Shown one piece after another: positions 38,001-46,399 of a stretch of DNA of 64,000 bases. A model generated the notes under the pieces. It had not been told where the DNA came from and did no database searches. It worked only from the letters and a program-made list of their open reading frames with translations. The first letter of the stretch is position 1, and every line of letters begins with the position of its first letter. The position numbers and the translations under genes were made by a program. The stretch is from a virus (Duplodnaviria > Caudoviricetes), in the IMG/VR virus record IMGVR_UViG_3300042306_000967, positions 1-64,000 of that record. The stretch is one strand, 5' to 3'.

Positions 38001-41000
38001 ATTGCATTAGCTTCCGTTTGTGTTGCCGGTGTTCCTCCTAAATATTGAGTAGCATCCGTTACTTTAATATTATTTACATTTGAAGTAATAGTAGGTAATG
38101 AACCAGTACCATTTTCTAATATGTTTATAATTGTATCAAAACTTGCAGATATATTTCTTGCCAACGAAGATGATATAATTACCGAAGATGTATATTGATT
38201 TGTATCTGTTATTTTTACTAATCCGTCAACATTTTTTATCAACGTAGGTAAAGAACCAGTTCCATTTTCAACAATATCTAAAACAATATCAAAATTATTA
38301 TTTGAAGATGTAAGATATGTGGATGATATTGATGCGGTTGTTATGTAACTATTTGTAGTAGTTCGTTTAATTAAAGAATTTACATTTGTTACAATAGTTG
38401 GAATTGAACCTGTGCCATTTTCTACAATATCAAGTACGATATCAAATCCAGTAGTTACTTTTGCCTTTTCAGAATTAGATGGAGTTATTGATGATGTTAT
38501 TTGTGTACCACCAATAAAGTTTATACCTCTATTTGTATTTTTAACAATAGTTGTTGGTATTGAACCAGTTCCGTTTGATACGATATTAAGTATATTACCA
38601 AATGAAGCTGATACAATAGATTTATCGTTTGTTACTACTGATATAGATGATGTAATTTGTTGAGCGTTAGTTGCTTTAATTCCAGCAATAGTATTTAACA
38701 CCACATTAGGTGCTGTATTACTTCCACTTTCAATTACTTTAGATACAATATCAAAACCATCTTCTATTTCTTTTCCACCAATCGCTACTAATTTTGCCAA
38801 ACCTTTTGTGAAGTTTAGTGAATCAATTGTTTCTTCGGATTGAACTCCGGTAGCTTGAGATGGATATAAATAATAGAATCGTCCAGCAGTTATACTTCTT
38901 TCATTACCACCATAAACCAAATCAGTAATTACAGCATCTACAATAAATCCAGCATCTCTATAACATTTACTTTCAATATAATCTAAATTAGGATATGTTT
39001 CGTTTGCGTAATCAACGGTATTTTGTTGTAAAAATGCTCTATTAGTTTTTAATAAACTTGCCGCATTTAATACTGATGTAGATGGTGCCGATAAAACAAC
39101 ATTTGTAATTATATTTTGTACTAATTGATTTGAGTAGTTTACACCAGTTATAGTTGGGTCTAATTGTTGTGTTGCCGAAGGTACTCCACCCACAATTGCT
39201 GCTGATGGGTATCTATAATAGTATTCTCCTGCAAATCTAGTTCTTTCGTTACCACCATATACCAAGTCAGTTCTTACAGCATCTAAAATATATTTAGTAT
39301 CTCTTAAACATTTAGCCTGATTATATTCCGCTTCACTCCAAGAAGAACTTACATAAGCAACTACTTCGTTTGCAATTAAGTTTTTGTTTTGTAGTATTAA
39401 ATTACTTGCATTTACTTTATTTCCATCCGCTGAAACAAATACCGAACCAGTAACAATCTTTTGTATCATTCTACCTGCATAGTTGATACCATCTAACGTT
39501 GGAAGTAATTGAGACCCCGTTGCTTCGGATGGATATAAATAATAAAATATACCAGCATTTCTACTTCTTTCATTACCACCATAAACCAAGTCAGTTCTGA
39601 TTGCGTCTATTATGTACCCAACATCTCTTTTACAAGTTAATTCATTATACGGATGTTCACTCCAAGATGAACTCAAATACGCAATTGTTTCATCTTGTAT
39701 GAATGATTTATTGTTTACCAATAACGATGCCGCATTTAAAGAGTTGGCACTTACCGTAGTGAATTCTATGTTTTGAATTACTTTTTGTGCTAAACGGCTA
39801 GCGTAGTTGATACCATCCAATGTTTGTTGTAGTTGAGCTCCTTGTGCTTGCGATGGATATTCCCAATAAAATAATCCGTTAAATATAGATGCTGAATTTG
39901 CGTTCCATATTAAATCTTCCGCAGAACCACTCAATATAAATCCTAAATCACGTTTACATTTAGTTTCATCATATTCAAACCCAGCCCAAGAAGAACTTAA
40001 ATACGCAATAGTTTCATTTTGAATAAATGGAATATTGTTTTTAAGTATCTCATATACAGCTACACTATTAGATGATGTTATTCTATTTGTATATGGTTGG
40101 AATGTAGGTGCTGAAAACTCTCCGCCTTCAATTATCTTTGTTACTATTGATATTGATGCTGATATAAAGTTTACATCGTTTACACTTGCCGAATAAGATG
40201 CTGAAATGTATTGTGGTGTATTTGTTACTTTGATACTTGCACTTACATTTGATATAAGAGTAGGTACAAAAGATAACCCACCTTCTAATATATCGGTGAT
40301 TACTTTTATTGAAGAACTTAATTGTGTACTTTCAGTAGATGTTCCATAATAACCAGAACCAGTTATGTATTGTGGTGTATTGGTTACCTTTATATTTGAG
40401 TTTAGATTTGAAACTAATGCACCTAATGAACCAGTACCATTTGTTATTATAGTTGCTACATATGCAATTGATTCGGATATTGAATTTCCAACAGAACCAC
40501 TAACTGCAAATGAAGATGTTATTTGTGGTGTACCAGTTACGGCAATTGCATTTGCTTGAGACGATGTGAATAAAGGCTCTGCTGCTAATCCACCACCAAT
40601 AATCGTATTTACAATATCAAAACTCTTACCAATTTTATCCACTTCATCTGGTGTTGTATAAGATGAAGTTATTTGAGAACCAGTAGTTACATTTATTGGA
40701 TTGTATTTATTCCAATTTAATCCAGTATTCTGTGCCAATAATGATTTAATTGAACCCAATCCTCTTGCCACAATTCCTTCTATAATTGAAAATGAATTAC
40801 CAACCGAAGTTTGTTCAATAGTACCACCACCAAAAGATGATGTTATATTTGTTAGTCCGGATAATCTAAAGTTTCTCTCATCATTATAAACAATACGAGG
40901 TGTATCTAATATTTGATTTTGAACAATAGTATCTCCAATAATTTTTGCATATCGAATACCCGCAATAGTTGATGATTTTTGTGTTTTTGTAGCCTGTGAT

Positions 41001-44000
41001 GGGAAGTCATAATAATATCTACCCGCAATCACACCTCTTTCAAGACCACCATAAAGTAAATCAGTTGCCACATTATCAACAATATAACCAACATCTCTCC
41101 TACAAGTTGCTTGATTATATTTTAAGTTTGGAAATGCAACATTAATAAATTGAATTGTTTCGTTTTGAATTAATTCTTTATTATTAATTAAATTATTATA
41201 TGCAGATAAAGTTGATGCATTAGGTGATGTAAATGTTTTTCCTTTTAATAGATTATCAACTAATCCACTAGCATATCTTATACCATCCACCGTTTGTCCT
41301 AATTGTCCAGTACCATCACCATCGCCTTGTACAATTGCCAATGAAGGATATAAATAATAGTATTCACCGGCAGTTATACCTCTTTCATTACCACCGTATT
41401 TTACATCAGTTGCTACCGCATCTAATATATAACCAGTATCACGTCTACACTTTACTTCGTTATAATAAAAATTAGACCAAGATGATGATAGATAAGTTAT
41501 AACTTCATTTTGTATAAATGTTCTATTATCTCTGATTGTATCCCAAACATCAATTACTTCATTGTTTGGTTCTACATATACTCTACCTCTAATCAAATTT
41601 AATGCAACACCAGCTGCGTGCTTAACTGCAGTTAATGTTGGTCCTAATTGTGTTGTAGTTGCTTCGGATGGGTATTGATAATAAAATAAACCATTTCTAA
41701 TACTTTCTTCGTTTCCACCATATAAAAGGTCTTTTGCTACACCATCTACAATATATCCAACGTCTCTTTTACAAGTTTCTTCTGGATAGTAAAATTCACT
41801 CCAAGAAGAAGATACAAATTGAATAACTTCATCTTTAATAAACTCTTTGTTGTTTATTAATATTTCGTATGCAGTTATAATATCAATATCCGTTTTTGCT
41901 ATTGAACCACTTTGTATTGTAGCCGGATATGTTAATGTATTTTTAATTAAGTCAAATGGAGTTGTAGATGAATTTACTATGTTAATCTCACCGCCCATAG
42001 AACTTCTATTCTGTGATACATAATATAATTTATTTGGTGCATTGTATGGTACCGTAAAGGTTATTGTTCCTCTACTATCACCATTATTAACCATACCAAT
42101 ATTATAATCAAATTTTTCTCCAATGCCTTCTACTTGCTGTGTTCTTATCCAAAACGGATATTCAAGTCCACCAAATGTTTCTATCGCATCAACATTGAAT
42201 TTGTAGGTTTCCCCTCTAAATAAAGTTAATGTAGGATTACTACCAATTCCTTCAAAATCAAATGAAGAACTATTTGTGTTTGTTATTACAAATGATTTTT
42301 GGTGATTGTTTGGTATTGGTATAATATTACTACCAGTACCATTTGCCAAAATATTATAAACAATACTAAAACTTGCACTTACTGAATTTATTGTTGCCAA
42401 TGATGATGTCACACCAAGCATTACTTGTTCGGTATTTCCGGCTTTAATACTAGCACTTGTATTTGAAATATACGTTGGTTTAACAGAAAGGCCTGATTTA
42501 ATAATATTAATTATATTGTTAAACGATGAACTTACCGATGAAGTATAGTTTGTTGCTACACTACCTATTGGTTGTATTACATCGTTGCCTATTTGTCTAC
42601 TTGCACTTGTGTTTGGTCTAAAATTAAACGAACCCGTACCATTTGCTAATATACTCAAGATAGCCGCATAAGATGCGCTTATTTGAGTTAAATCTGCAGT
42701 TGATGCTGATATAGATGATGTTATTTGTTCTGCTCCTAATATATTGTAAGGAGAATCAAATCCATATCCTTTTATAGAACTTTTTGCCAACAAAGTTGGA
42801 AAATTTGATACACCACTATCAACAATTGCACTTATTAATTTATAATCGGCAGATATTTCTTCTGCTGCAGCTGTTGATAATGCAGTTCCAGCGGATACTC
42901 TACTTTGAGTGTATAAAGCAGGTGACGTTAAACGAATACCCTCATCAGTATTTAATTTTGTTATTGTAGGTAATCCGTTTTCTAATCCTTTATTAAGTAC
43001 ATCAACAACGCAACTCCAAGTTCCTCTCACAGAATCTCTCGCAGCGATATTACCACCACTACCAGATATAAAACGAGAACCACTAGCATACATACCATAT
43101 AAACCAAACGAAATGTTTGAGTTGTTTAGTGTAGCGTGTCCACCATTGTTTACTCTAATTGAATAATATGAGAAGTTATTAAAGAAAGATACCAACTGAA
43201 TGAAACCTCTACCATTTACCAAACATCCCACACCATTTGGAGAAATTTGAGTATAAGCATCCAATACCATTGAAGCTAGTGGAGAATCTGGATCTATCAC
43301 ATCACCATTAACATAAAGACCTCCGCCGCCTGGTGGGATATCTTCATAAAGTTCGGTGAATGAATTCTCTTGATTTGAAATTTGAGAACAGTTCTGAACG
43401 TATGGTGAAGTTGTAATAAATGCACCAGGTTGGAAAGCAACCGCAAATCCTTTTTCAGGATTTATTTGGTCTGGATATAATCTCAAACCACCCATTGTTA
43501 CTTCCGCAATATAACATCCAGAGTTTACATAGAAAAGGTCTTCTGTGGGGTTTTTCGCGTTAATCTTGGTGATACGCAAACCGGCACCCCAAATGGTTGT
43601 GTTTTTAGGAAGAATCACAGGATTATCCTCTAAATACGTTCCAGCCTGTACTTTGATTACATATCCATTGAATATTGAACCAGTATCAAATCCATATCTA
43701 CCATCATACCCCGGAGATGCCAATGAAGCCGCTCTCTTAATTGTACGAAGTGGATATTGAATACTTCTACCATCGTTTGTATCATCCCCATCAGTTGAAG
43801 ATACATACAAAGTTGGAACGTTAGCACCAAAATCTTTTGCAAGAATACCAGCATATCGTTGAGTATCAACCGCTAATAAAGCGTTTGATGCGGTTACCGC
43901 AAGAACGGTTTCAGGTGCTGCAACTTTTAATTGTCCATCAATTGTTAATGAGCCAGTTAAAAAAACCGAACCAGTTATTTCACTTTTAGAACCCGTTTCT

Positions 44001-44143
44001 GTTCCTAAAAAGAAACTTTTAGATACGAATAATGAGCCAGATATAATGGCATCGTTTCCAACATTAACGTTTTGTCTAATGTTAAGTGAACTACTTATAT
44101 CCTGTTGTTCTTCAATTTGTTTACGTGGTATCAGTCTTGCCAT
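32078..44143 (-). CDS. Giant structural protein (4021 aa): pectin-lyase-like beta-helix interrupted by 21 helical CxRD repeats, spacer repeats and a degenerate cupredoxin-like domain
   Basis: LYVSSTDGDDTNDG.S...P.RTIKRA..VIKVQAGTYLEDNPVILP..TTIWGAGLR; C-terminal GRIFFTSGNQDGDFRIG..LSINQATG...F.KSLFSLVTPFSLAL, as in large T4-like phage structural proteins. Confidence 0.8.
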   Translation of the reverse strand: MARLIPRKQIEEQQDISSSLNIRQNVNVGNDAIISGSLFVSKSFFLGTETGSKSEITGSVFLTGSLTIDGQLKVAAPETVLAVTASNALLAVDTQRYAGILAKDFGANVPTLYVSSTDGDDTNDGRSIQYPLRTIKRAASLASPGYDGRYGFDTGSIFNGYVIKVQAGTYLEDNPVILPKNTTIWGAGLRITKINAKNPTEDLFYVNSGCYIAEVTMGGLRLYPDQINPEKGFAVAFQPGAFITTSPYVQNCSQISNQENSFTELYEDIPPGGGGLYVNGDVIDPDSPLASMVLDAYTQISPNGVGCLVNGRGFIQLVSFFNNFSYYSIRVNNGGHATLNNSNISFGLYGMYASGSRFISGSGGNIAARDSVRGTWSCVVDVLNKGLENGLPTITKLNTDEGIRLTSPALYTQSRVSAGTALSTAAAEEISADYKLISAIVDSGVSNFPTLLAKSSIKGYGFDSPYNILGAEQITSSISASTADLTQISASYAAILSILANGTGSFNFRPNTSASRQIGNDVIQPIGSVATNYTSSVSSSFNNIINIIKSGLSVKPTYISNTSASIKAGNTEQVMLGVTSSLATINSVSASFSIVYNILANGTGSNIIPIPNNHQKSFVITNTNSSSFDFEGIGSNPTLTLFRGETYKFNVDAIETFGGLEYPFWIRTQQVEGIGEKFDYNIGMVNNGDSRGTITFTVPYNAPNKLYYVSQNRSSMGGEINIVNSSTTPFDLIKNTLTYPATIQSGSIAKTDIDIITAYEILINNKEFIKDEVIQFVSSSWSEFYYPEETCKRDVGYIVDGVAKDLLYGGNEESIRNGLFYYQYPSEATTTQLGPTLTAVKHAAGVALNLIRGRVYVEPNNEVIDVWDTIRDNRTFIQNEVITYLSSSWSNFYYNEVKCRRDTGYILDAVATDVKYGGNERGITAGEYYYLYPSLAIVQGDGDGTGQLGQTVDGIRYASGLVDNLLKGKTFTSPNASTLSAYNNLINNKELIQNETIQFINVAFPNLKYNQATCRRDVGYIVDNVATDLLYGGLERGVIAGRYYYDFPSQATKTQKSSTIAGIRYAKIIGDTIVQNQILDTPRIVYNDERNFRLSGLTNITSSFGGGTIEQTSVGNSFSIIEGIVARGLGSIKSLLAQNTGLNWNKYNPINVTTGSQITSSYTTPDEVDKIGKSFDIVNTIIGGGLAAEPLFTSSQANAIAVTGTPQITSSFAVSGSVGNSISESIAYVATIITNGTGSLGALVSNLNSNIKVTNTPQYITGSGYYGTSTESTQLSSSIKVITDILEGGLSFVPTLISNVSASIKVTNTPQYISASYSASVNDVNFISASISIVTKIIEGGEFSAPTFQPYTNRITSSNSVAVYEILKNNIPFIQNETIAYLSSSWAGFEYDETKCKRDLGFILSGSAEDLIWNANSASIFNGLFYWEYPSQAQGAQLQQTLDGINYASRLAQKVIQNIEFTTVSANSLNAASLLVNNKSFIQDETIAYLSSSWSEHPYNELTCKRDVGYIIDAIRTDLVYGGNERSRNAGIFYYLYPSEATGSQLLPTLDGINYAGRMIQKIVTGSVFVSADGNKVNASNLILQNKNLIANEVVAYVSSSWSEAEYNQAKCLRDTKYILDAVRTDLVYGGNERTRFAGEYYYRYPSAAIVGGVPSATQQLDPTITGVNYSNQLVQNIITNVVLSAPSTSVLNAASLLKTNRAFLQQNTVDYANETYPNLDYIESKCYRDAGFIVDAVITDLVYGGNERSITAGRFYYLYPSQATGVQSEETIDSLNFTKGLAKLVAIGGKEIEDGFDIVSKVIESGSNTAPNVVLNTIAGIKATNAQQITSSISVVTNDKSIVSASFGNILNIVSNGTGSIPTTIVKNTNRGINFIGGTQITSSITPSNSEKAKVTTGFDIVLDIVENGTGSIPTIVTNVNSLIKRTTTNSYITTASISSTYLTSSNNNFDIVLDIVENGTGSLPTLIKNVDGLVKITDTNQYTSSVIISSSLARNISASFDTIINILENGTGSLPTITSNVNNIKVTDATQYLGGTPATQTEANAISASISIVTNIIANGTGSLPIVTLYTSSISSSNVIAAYTILKNNLDFIVSESIAYLSSSWSTASYDESKCKRDLGFILSGSAEDLLWNANSASVFNGVYYYQFPSQAQGAQLNQTIDGINYASRLAQKIVLNTLFVTQSAQIKDAYSLLVNNKELIKNEVIPYISSSWSTHQYVESTCKRDIVHIIDAVSTDLLYGGNERTINAGVFYYKYPSEATGSQIQETVTGIEYARDIAFKILRGNTFTKVSQNKLQAKELIYNNREFIQNEVISYVSASWSTTSYNELTCKRDVGHILDAVTTDIVYGGNQRSINAGVFYYEYPSQATTSQLGATLSGIKHAKGLTDKILKNSTFASASNSNLSAYELIFNNKSFIQDETIAYLSSSWSSFNYNEATCRRDVGYILDAVATDVLYGGNERVAEAGEYYYLYPSLATVGNDGDTGGQLNQTLDGIKYAKGITEKIVANILLQSPTTSELAGFNLLTNNKKFIQSESIAYLSSSWSGDDGFSYNETTCKRDIGYIIDAVRTDLLYGGNERSSKAGEYYYLYPSAAILTGSISPTTATQKGPTLDGIQYVAGTAQNIVSNKVLVSPTGFVTSSVNLLRQNKRFIQNETVQYIDAFFPNLVYLREKCRRDVGYILDAVITDTFYGGNQRSVIAGQYYYLYPSLATKSTQVRETVDGVDYAKALAKAIAQNIKLNSPILTSNADGNIKVSGVTQFTSANSGSSTEVTNVSSSFSIVTKIIEGGVEVKPTIISNVESGIKINNISPITSASAASTTEIGLITASFNLITDIIENGSASLADSLVSNFPSLYGFNLNTPNLWNISSDTQITGSGTFPTETNVVSSSFGNVINIIANGTGSIPTLVTNASGSITKTGLLPIANTQTAGQFEINKVSSGFGVILDIVENGVDVISTITPNASSSIKITETPQLISGSGGARLQGKLVSASFATVIDVLLNNGTSSIGFRPSTYPIANSNTKINSAYNLLVSNSKFIVDETIAYMSSSWSAFEYTQSKCERDLAGIISGSAFDLLYGGNSASLFNGKFYFDYPSQATGSQLDQTITALKYASGVAEKVVQNILLTHISASATISASFEALTKNKAFIQSESIAYVSSSWSEFGYDEIKCARDIGYIVDAVRTDLLYGGNERSVVAGKYYYDFPSQATDSQLEPTLTGIRYAKGLALNVIKNAQFYVTSSSTINSYNSIRNNKKFIQSESVAYINAKYPDFYYNEEKCKRDVGYIIDAVATDLLYGGNERSSKAGEFYYLYPSEATDTQLTETIDGIKYAARLVSASINNWLIPTPVSQSTGLTPSNDLSKIAAYDLLTQNIGFIQSESIAFLSSSWSGFEYDSSVCSRDIRYIVEAVAGDILYGGNHSSSLAGIFYWNIPSKVTGSQLDPTITAIDYAKGLATKLVQNSSFNTASFAVSSSVALLRNNRTFIVSESMAYLTASWSTFEYDKVKCARDLGYIIDAATTDLLYGGNERSVIAGDFYYKYPSKATLLGDGDGVGQLGQTVDGIRYASRVAQKIVGGTTFVTASLEASASFDLLRKNKAFVAAETIAYVSSSWSSVYYNEITCKRDVGYLIDAAATDVLYGGQERSLIAGQYYYLYPSNAIKSGVPSTQNQLDPTLTGIKYAGKLSKKVITNPTYLVPSASLLTTAKLLTDNKELIQKETITFLSSSWSGLKYNEVSCSRDLGFIIDAIRTDLVYGGNERSIEAGSYYYKFPSVAIVDSYSDNNGQKKQTVDGINFARGLSEKIVANTLLTYLAPSTKRRQAAERLKLGKEELKQRAIGYTNGAFPYLVYNEASCSRDTGFIVDACVTDLLYGGNERGIRAASSYYDGQYGSAIAVTRDQLLETLETNRYLRTRAEFIAAGAPLEAFGSLIVATGIDYSYNGSGVTFKALPPNQGGSGVANPAFEITELGGGRIFFTSGNQDGDFRIGTGLSINQATGTLVGRTFSKSLFSLVTPFSLALQI
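32400..41880 (-). repeat. 21 copies of a ~105-aa helical repeat, N(K/R).FIQ.E.IAY.SSSW..F.Y.E..C.RD.GYI.DAV.TDL.YGGNERS..AG..YY.YPS.AT..Q...T..GI.YA, in blocks of 3, 4, 6 and 8
   Basis: CxRD motifs counted by eye; blocks separated by a second ~45-50-aa repeat (QITSS...SF.IV..II.NGTGS.P). Confidence 0.9.
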
Positions 44144-44529
44144 TATAGTATATCAGATATTTTACCTTTTATTTCAAAATCAGTTGCCACAACGGAAGCA
44201 GGAGCTAATGTTATAGGAACAAGAAATGTAACCTCTATATTATTTTCATTCACCCCAACATCATATCTATCTTGAGGTTGCTTTACTCCAAATAAATATA
44301 CATCAATATAATCTTTCACACTATCTATTTCCAAAATGTCTATATTAAACTTTTTATCCAAAAGATATAGTGTAAACAATTGTCCGCTTTCATCTAAATT
44401 TATATAATCTGGACTAAATGAATATATGAATGTATCAATATTAACATCTAAAACAAATTGTTTAAATGCCAATCTATCTCTTTTTTGAAGAATATTTGAT
44501 TTGTTTATATTTGGTACTTTTCTCGCCAT
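44143..44529 (-). CDS. Hypothetical protein (small beta domain paralogous to neighbours)
   Basis: 128 aa, translationally coupled; IDVYLFG....DRY....NIEVTF...DFEIKGKI. Confidence 0.65.
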   Translation of the reverse strand: MARKVPNINKSNILQKRDRLAFKQFVLDVNIDTFIYSFSPDYINLDESGQLFTLYLLDKKFNIDILEIDSVKDYIDVYLFGVKQPQDRYDVGVNENNIEVTFLVPITLAPASVVATDFEIKGKISDIL

Positions 44530-44885
44530 TATTTAATAATTTCTATGTCACCGGTTATTTTTACTTCATCCGAATCGATTAAAGCGTATGGATTTCCAAA
44601 ACGGTCAAATTCTGGAAACTGACTTCTAATGAATTTTAAAAATAATCCATTTCCCTCTGGTTCTAAAATATAATCCGCTTCTCTAATAAATAAACCATTT
44701 ATAAAAATATCATATCTTGCGGTTGTTTTTCTAAACTTCGTAAGAGGTTCATATAAAGTTTTAATTCTAACATTATCAAGTTTATAAATCCAATAATAAG
44801 GATGTGCCAAATCATATGAAAAAAATTCAAATTCATTTGGCTCATTCACTTCTTTCATTATATTTTTTAATAATTTTATGTTCAT
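44529..44885 (-). CDS. Hypothetical protein (small beta domain paralogous to neighbours)
   Basis: 118 aa, translationally coupled; YDIFINGLFI..ADY...LFLKF...DEVKITGDI. Confidence 0.65.
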   Translation of the reverse strand: MNIKLLKNIMKEVNEPNEFEFFSYDLAHPYYWIYKLDNVRIKTLYEPLTKFRKTTARYDIFINGLFIREADYILEPEGNGLFLKFIRSQFPEFDRFGNPYALIDSDEVKITGDIEIIK

Positions 44886-45940
44886 AGCTCTTGGAATTTA
44901 CCAGTTATTAAAATTTCATCGGCAACTTCTATTGGATATGCTAAAGTAAATGTAAATGTAATTTCTTTAGTATTCCCATCGTAAGCATATGTGTAATATG
45001 TTGGAGATATGAAATCACCATTTAGATAAACCCTAAACCAATTATTTACATCAAATACACCAATCAACTCATTTGGTAAAACTGGTTGTTTTACGTTTAT
45101 CAATTTAGCAGTTGTAGAATTAACAAACACCGCTTGTTGATGACCTCTTATTGCAATAAAATTTACAACATCTGCATATTCTTGATACACATTCAATCCT
45201 GCAAATTTTCCACCAGACAGGTCTGTTTCAACTCCCCAAACAACTCTTTTTGGAGTGAATGATTTATTCATAGTTGGTTTGTTATCAACAATTTCAGGTA
45301 AAAGATATGCGTTTACAGTTGTGGTAAATGAAGTTCTAATAATTCTTTCAGCTCCTTGTGCAACTTCTTGTGAAGTTTCAAAAGAACTAATTGAACTTTT
45401 AAATTTAAAACCATCTTCCATTCCCCAATATCTTTCACTTTGATTTTGAAATGCTTCAACCAATACGTTCATATGCTCAGTAAAGGATGTCCAAATTACC
45501 ATTTCATATTGTATAGTTACATATGATGGAATTGATACACTATAAATTTCATAAACAGGTTGAGCACCGGTCATTATTGAAAATCTATCATACCTATTTT
45601 TTGCAGAATATTTTTTAGCATATTGTATTGTTCCCGCTTCTTTGAAAACTGGCATAGATTCATTCTTTTGAATACTACTTCTTCTGAACATTACCATTGG
45701 GATTTGGATTCTCCCTCTTGCATCTCTTAAATACCCTTGCTTTCTTGCGCCTTCCCATCTTTCTGCATTACCATAAATCAAAGGAACTTTTAACAAATTT
45801 CCATTTTCTTCTAAATTTGGAATAATAACTTTAGACATATAATCAGCTATCGCAGAATCTACATCTATAATCTTAACTCCTTTTTGGAATTGTTTATCTA
45901 TTGATAATTGTTTGGCTCTATTTGTTTCTCTTTTTTCCAT
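44882..45940 (-). CDS. Tail terminator / sheath stabiliser (T4 gp15-like) with an extra C-terminal domain
   Basis: KVPLIYGNAERW, RIQIP.VMFRRSSI, P.YV.I.YE..IWT...EHMN.LVE, ER.IRT.F...VNAYLLP; follows the neck genes. Confidence 0.75.
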   Translation of the reverse strand: MEKRETNRAKQLSIDKQFQKGVKIIDVDSAIADYMSKVIIPNLEENGNLLKVPLIYGNAERWEGARKQGYLRDARGRIQIPMVMFRRSSIQKNESMPVFKEAGTIQYAKKYSAKNRYDRFSIMTGAQPVYEIYSVSIPSYVTIQYEMVIWTSFTEHMNVLVEAFQNQSERYWGMEDGFKFKSSISSFETSQEVAQGAERIIRTSFTTTVNAYLLPEIVDNKPTMNKSFTPKRVVWGVETDLSGGKFAGLNVYQEYADVVNFIAIRGHQQAVFVNSTTAKLINVKQPVLPNELIGVFDVNNWFRVYLNGDFISPTYYTYAYDGNTKEITFTFTLAYPIEVADEILITGKFQEL

Positions 45941-46395
45941 TATACAGTTCTCATTTCAGTTTGGATATTACTTCTTCTGCTCATAAACGTAGAACAAATA
46001 ATTGAAAATTTATTATCAACTTGTCCACCAATCAATTGGTCTTCTCTTACATTATCAATTTCAAAATATGCATTATTGTGAAAAATAATATCACCAACTT
46101 CAGGATAAAATCCTTTATCTTCTAACGTAAATCTATTAAAACGAAATTCTACTAATTGATTTTTATCTGCTCCGAATCCTTCGTAATCGGTAGTTGAACT
46201 TTCTCTTTCAATCATAGCAGTACATTCCAATCCTTGATAGTATGTTTTATTTAACGATTCTCCGTATAAATTAGTTTTACTATCTTCTATGATTAGTTTG
46301 TATAAAACCACACTAGTTTCAACAACAACATCAACCAATTCTCTGGCTATGCTCTCAAAGAACCTTATATCTCTTGATAATGCAAATCTCGCCAT
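45940..46395 (-). CDS. Head closure / neck protein (T4 gp14-like)
   Basis: TNLYGES..K.Y, YPEVGDIIFHNN.YFEIDNV; located between gp13-like and gp15-like genes. Confidence 0.7.
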   Translation of the reverse strand: MARFALSRDIRFFESIARELVDVVVETSVVLYKLIIEDSKTNLYGESLNKTYYQGLECTAMIERESSTTDYEGFGADKNQLVEFRFNRFTLEDKGFYPEVGDIIFHNNAYFEIDNVREDQLIGGQVDNKFSIICSTFMSRRSNIQTEMRTV

Positions 46396-46399
46396 AATA

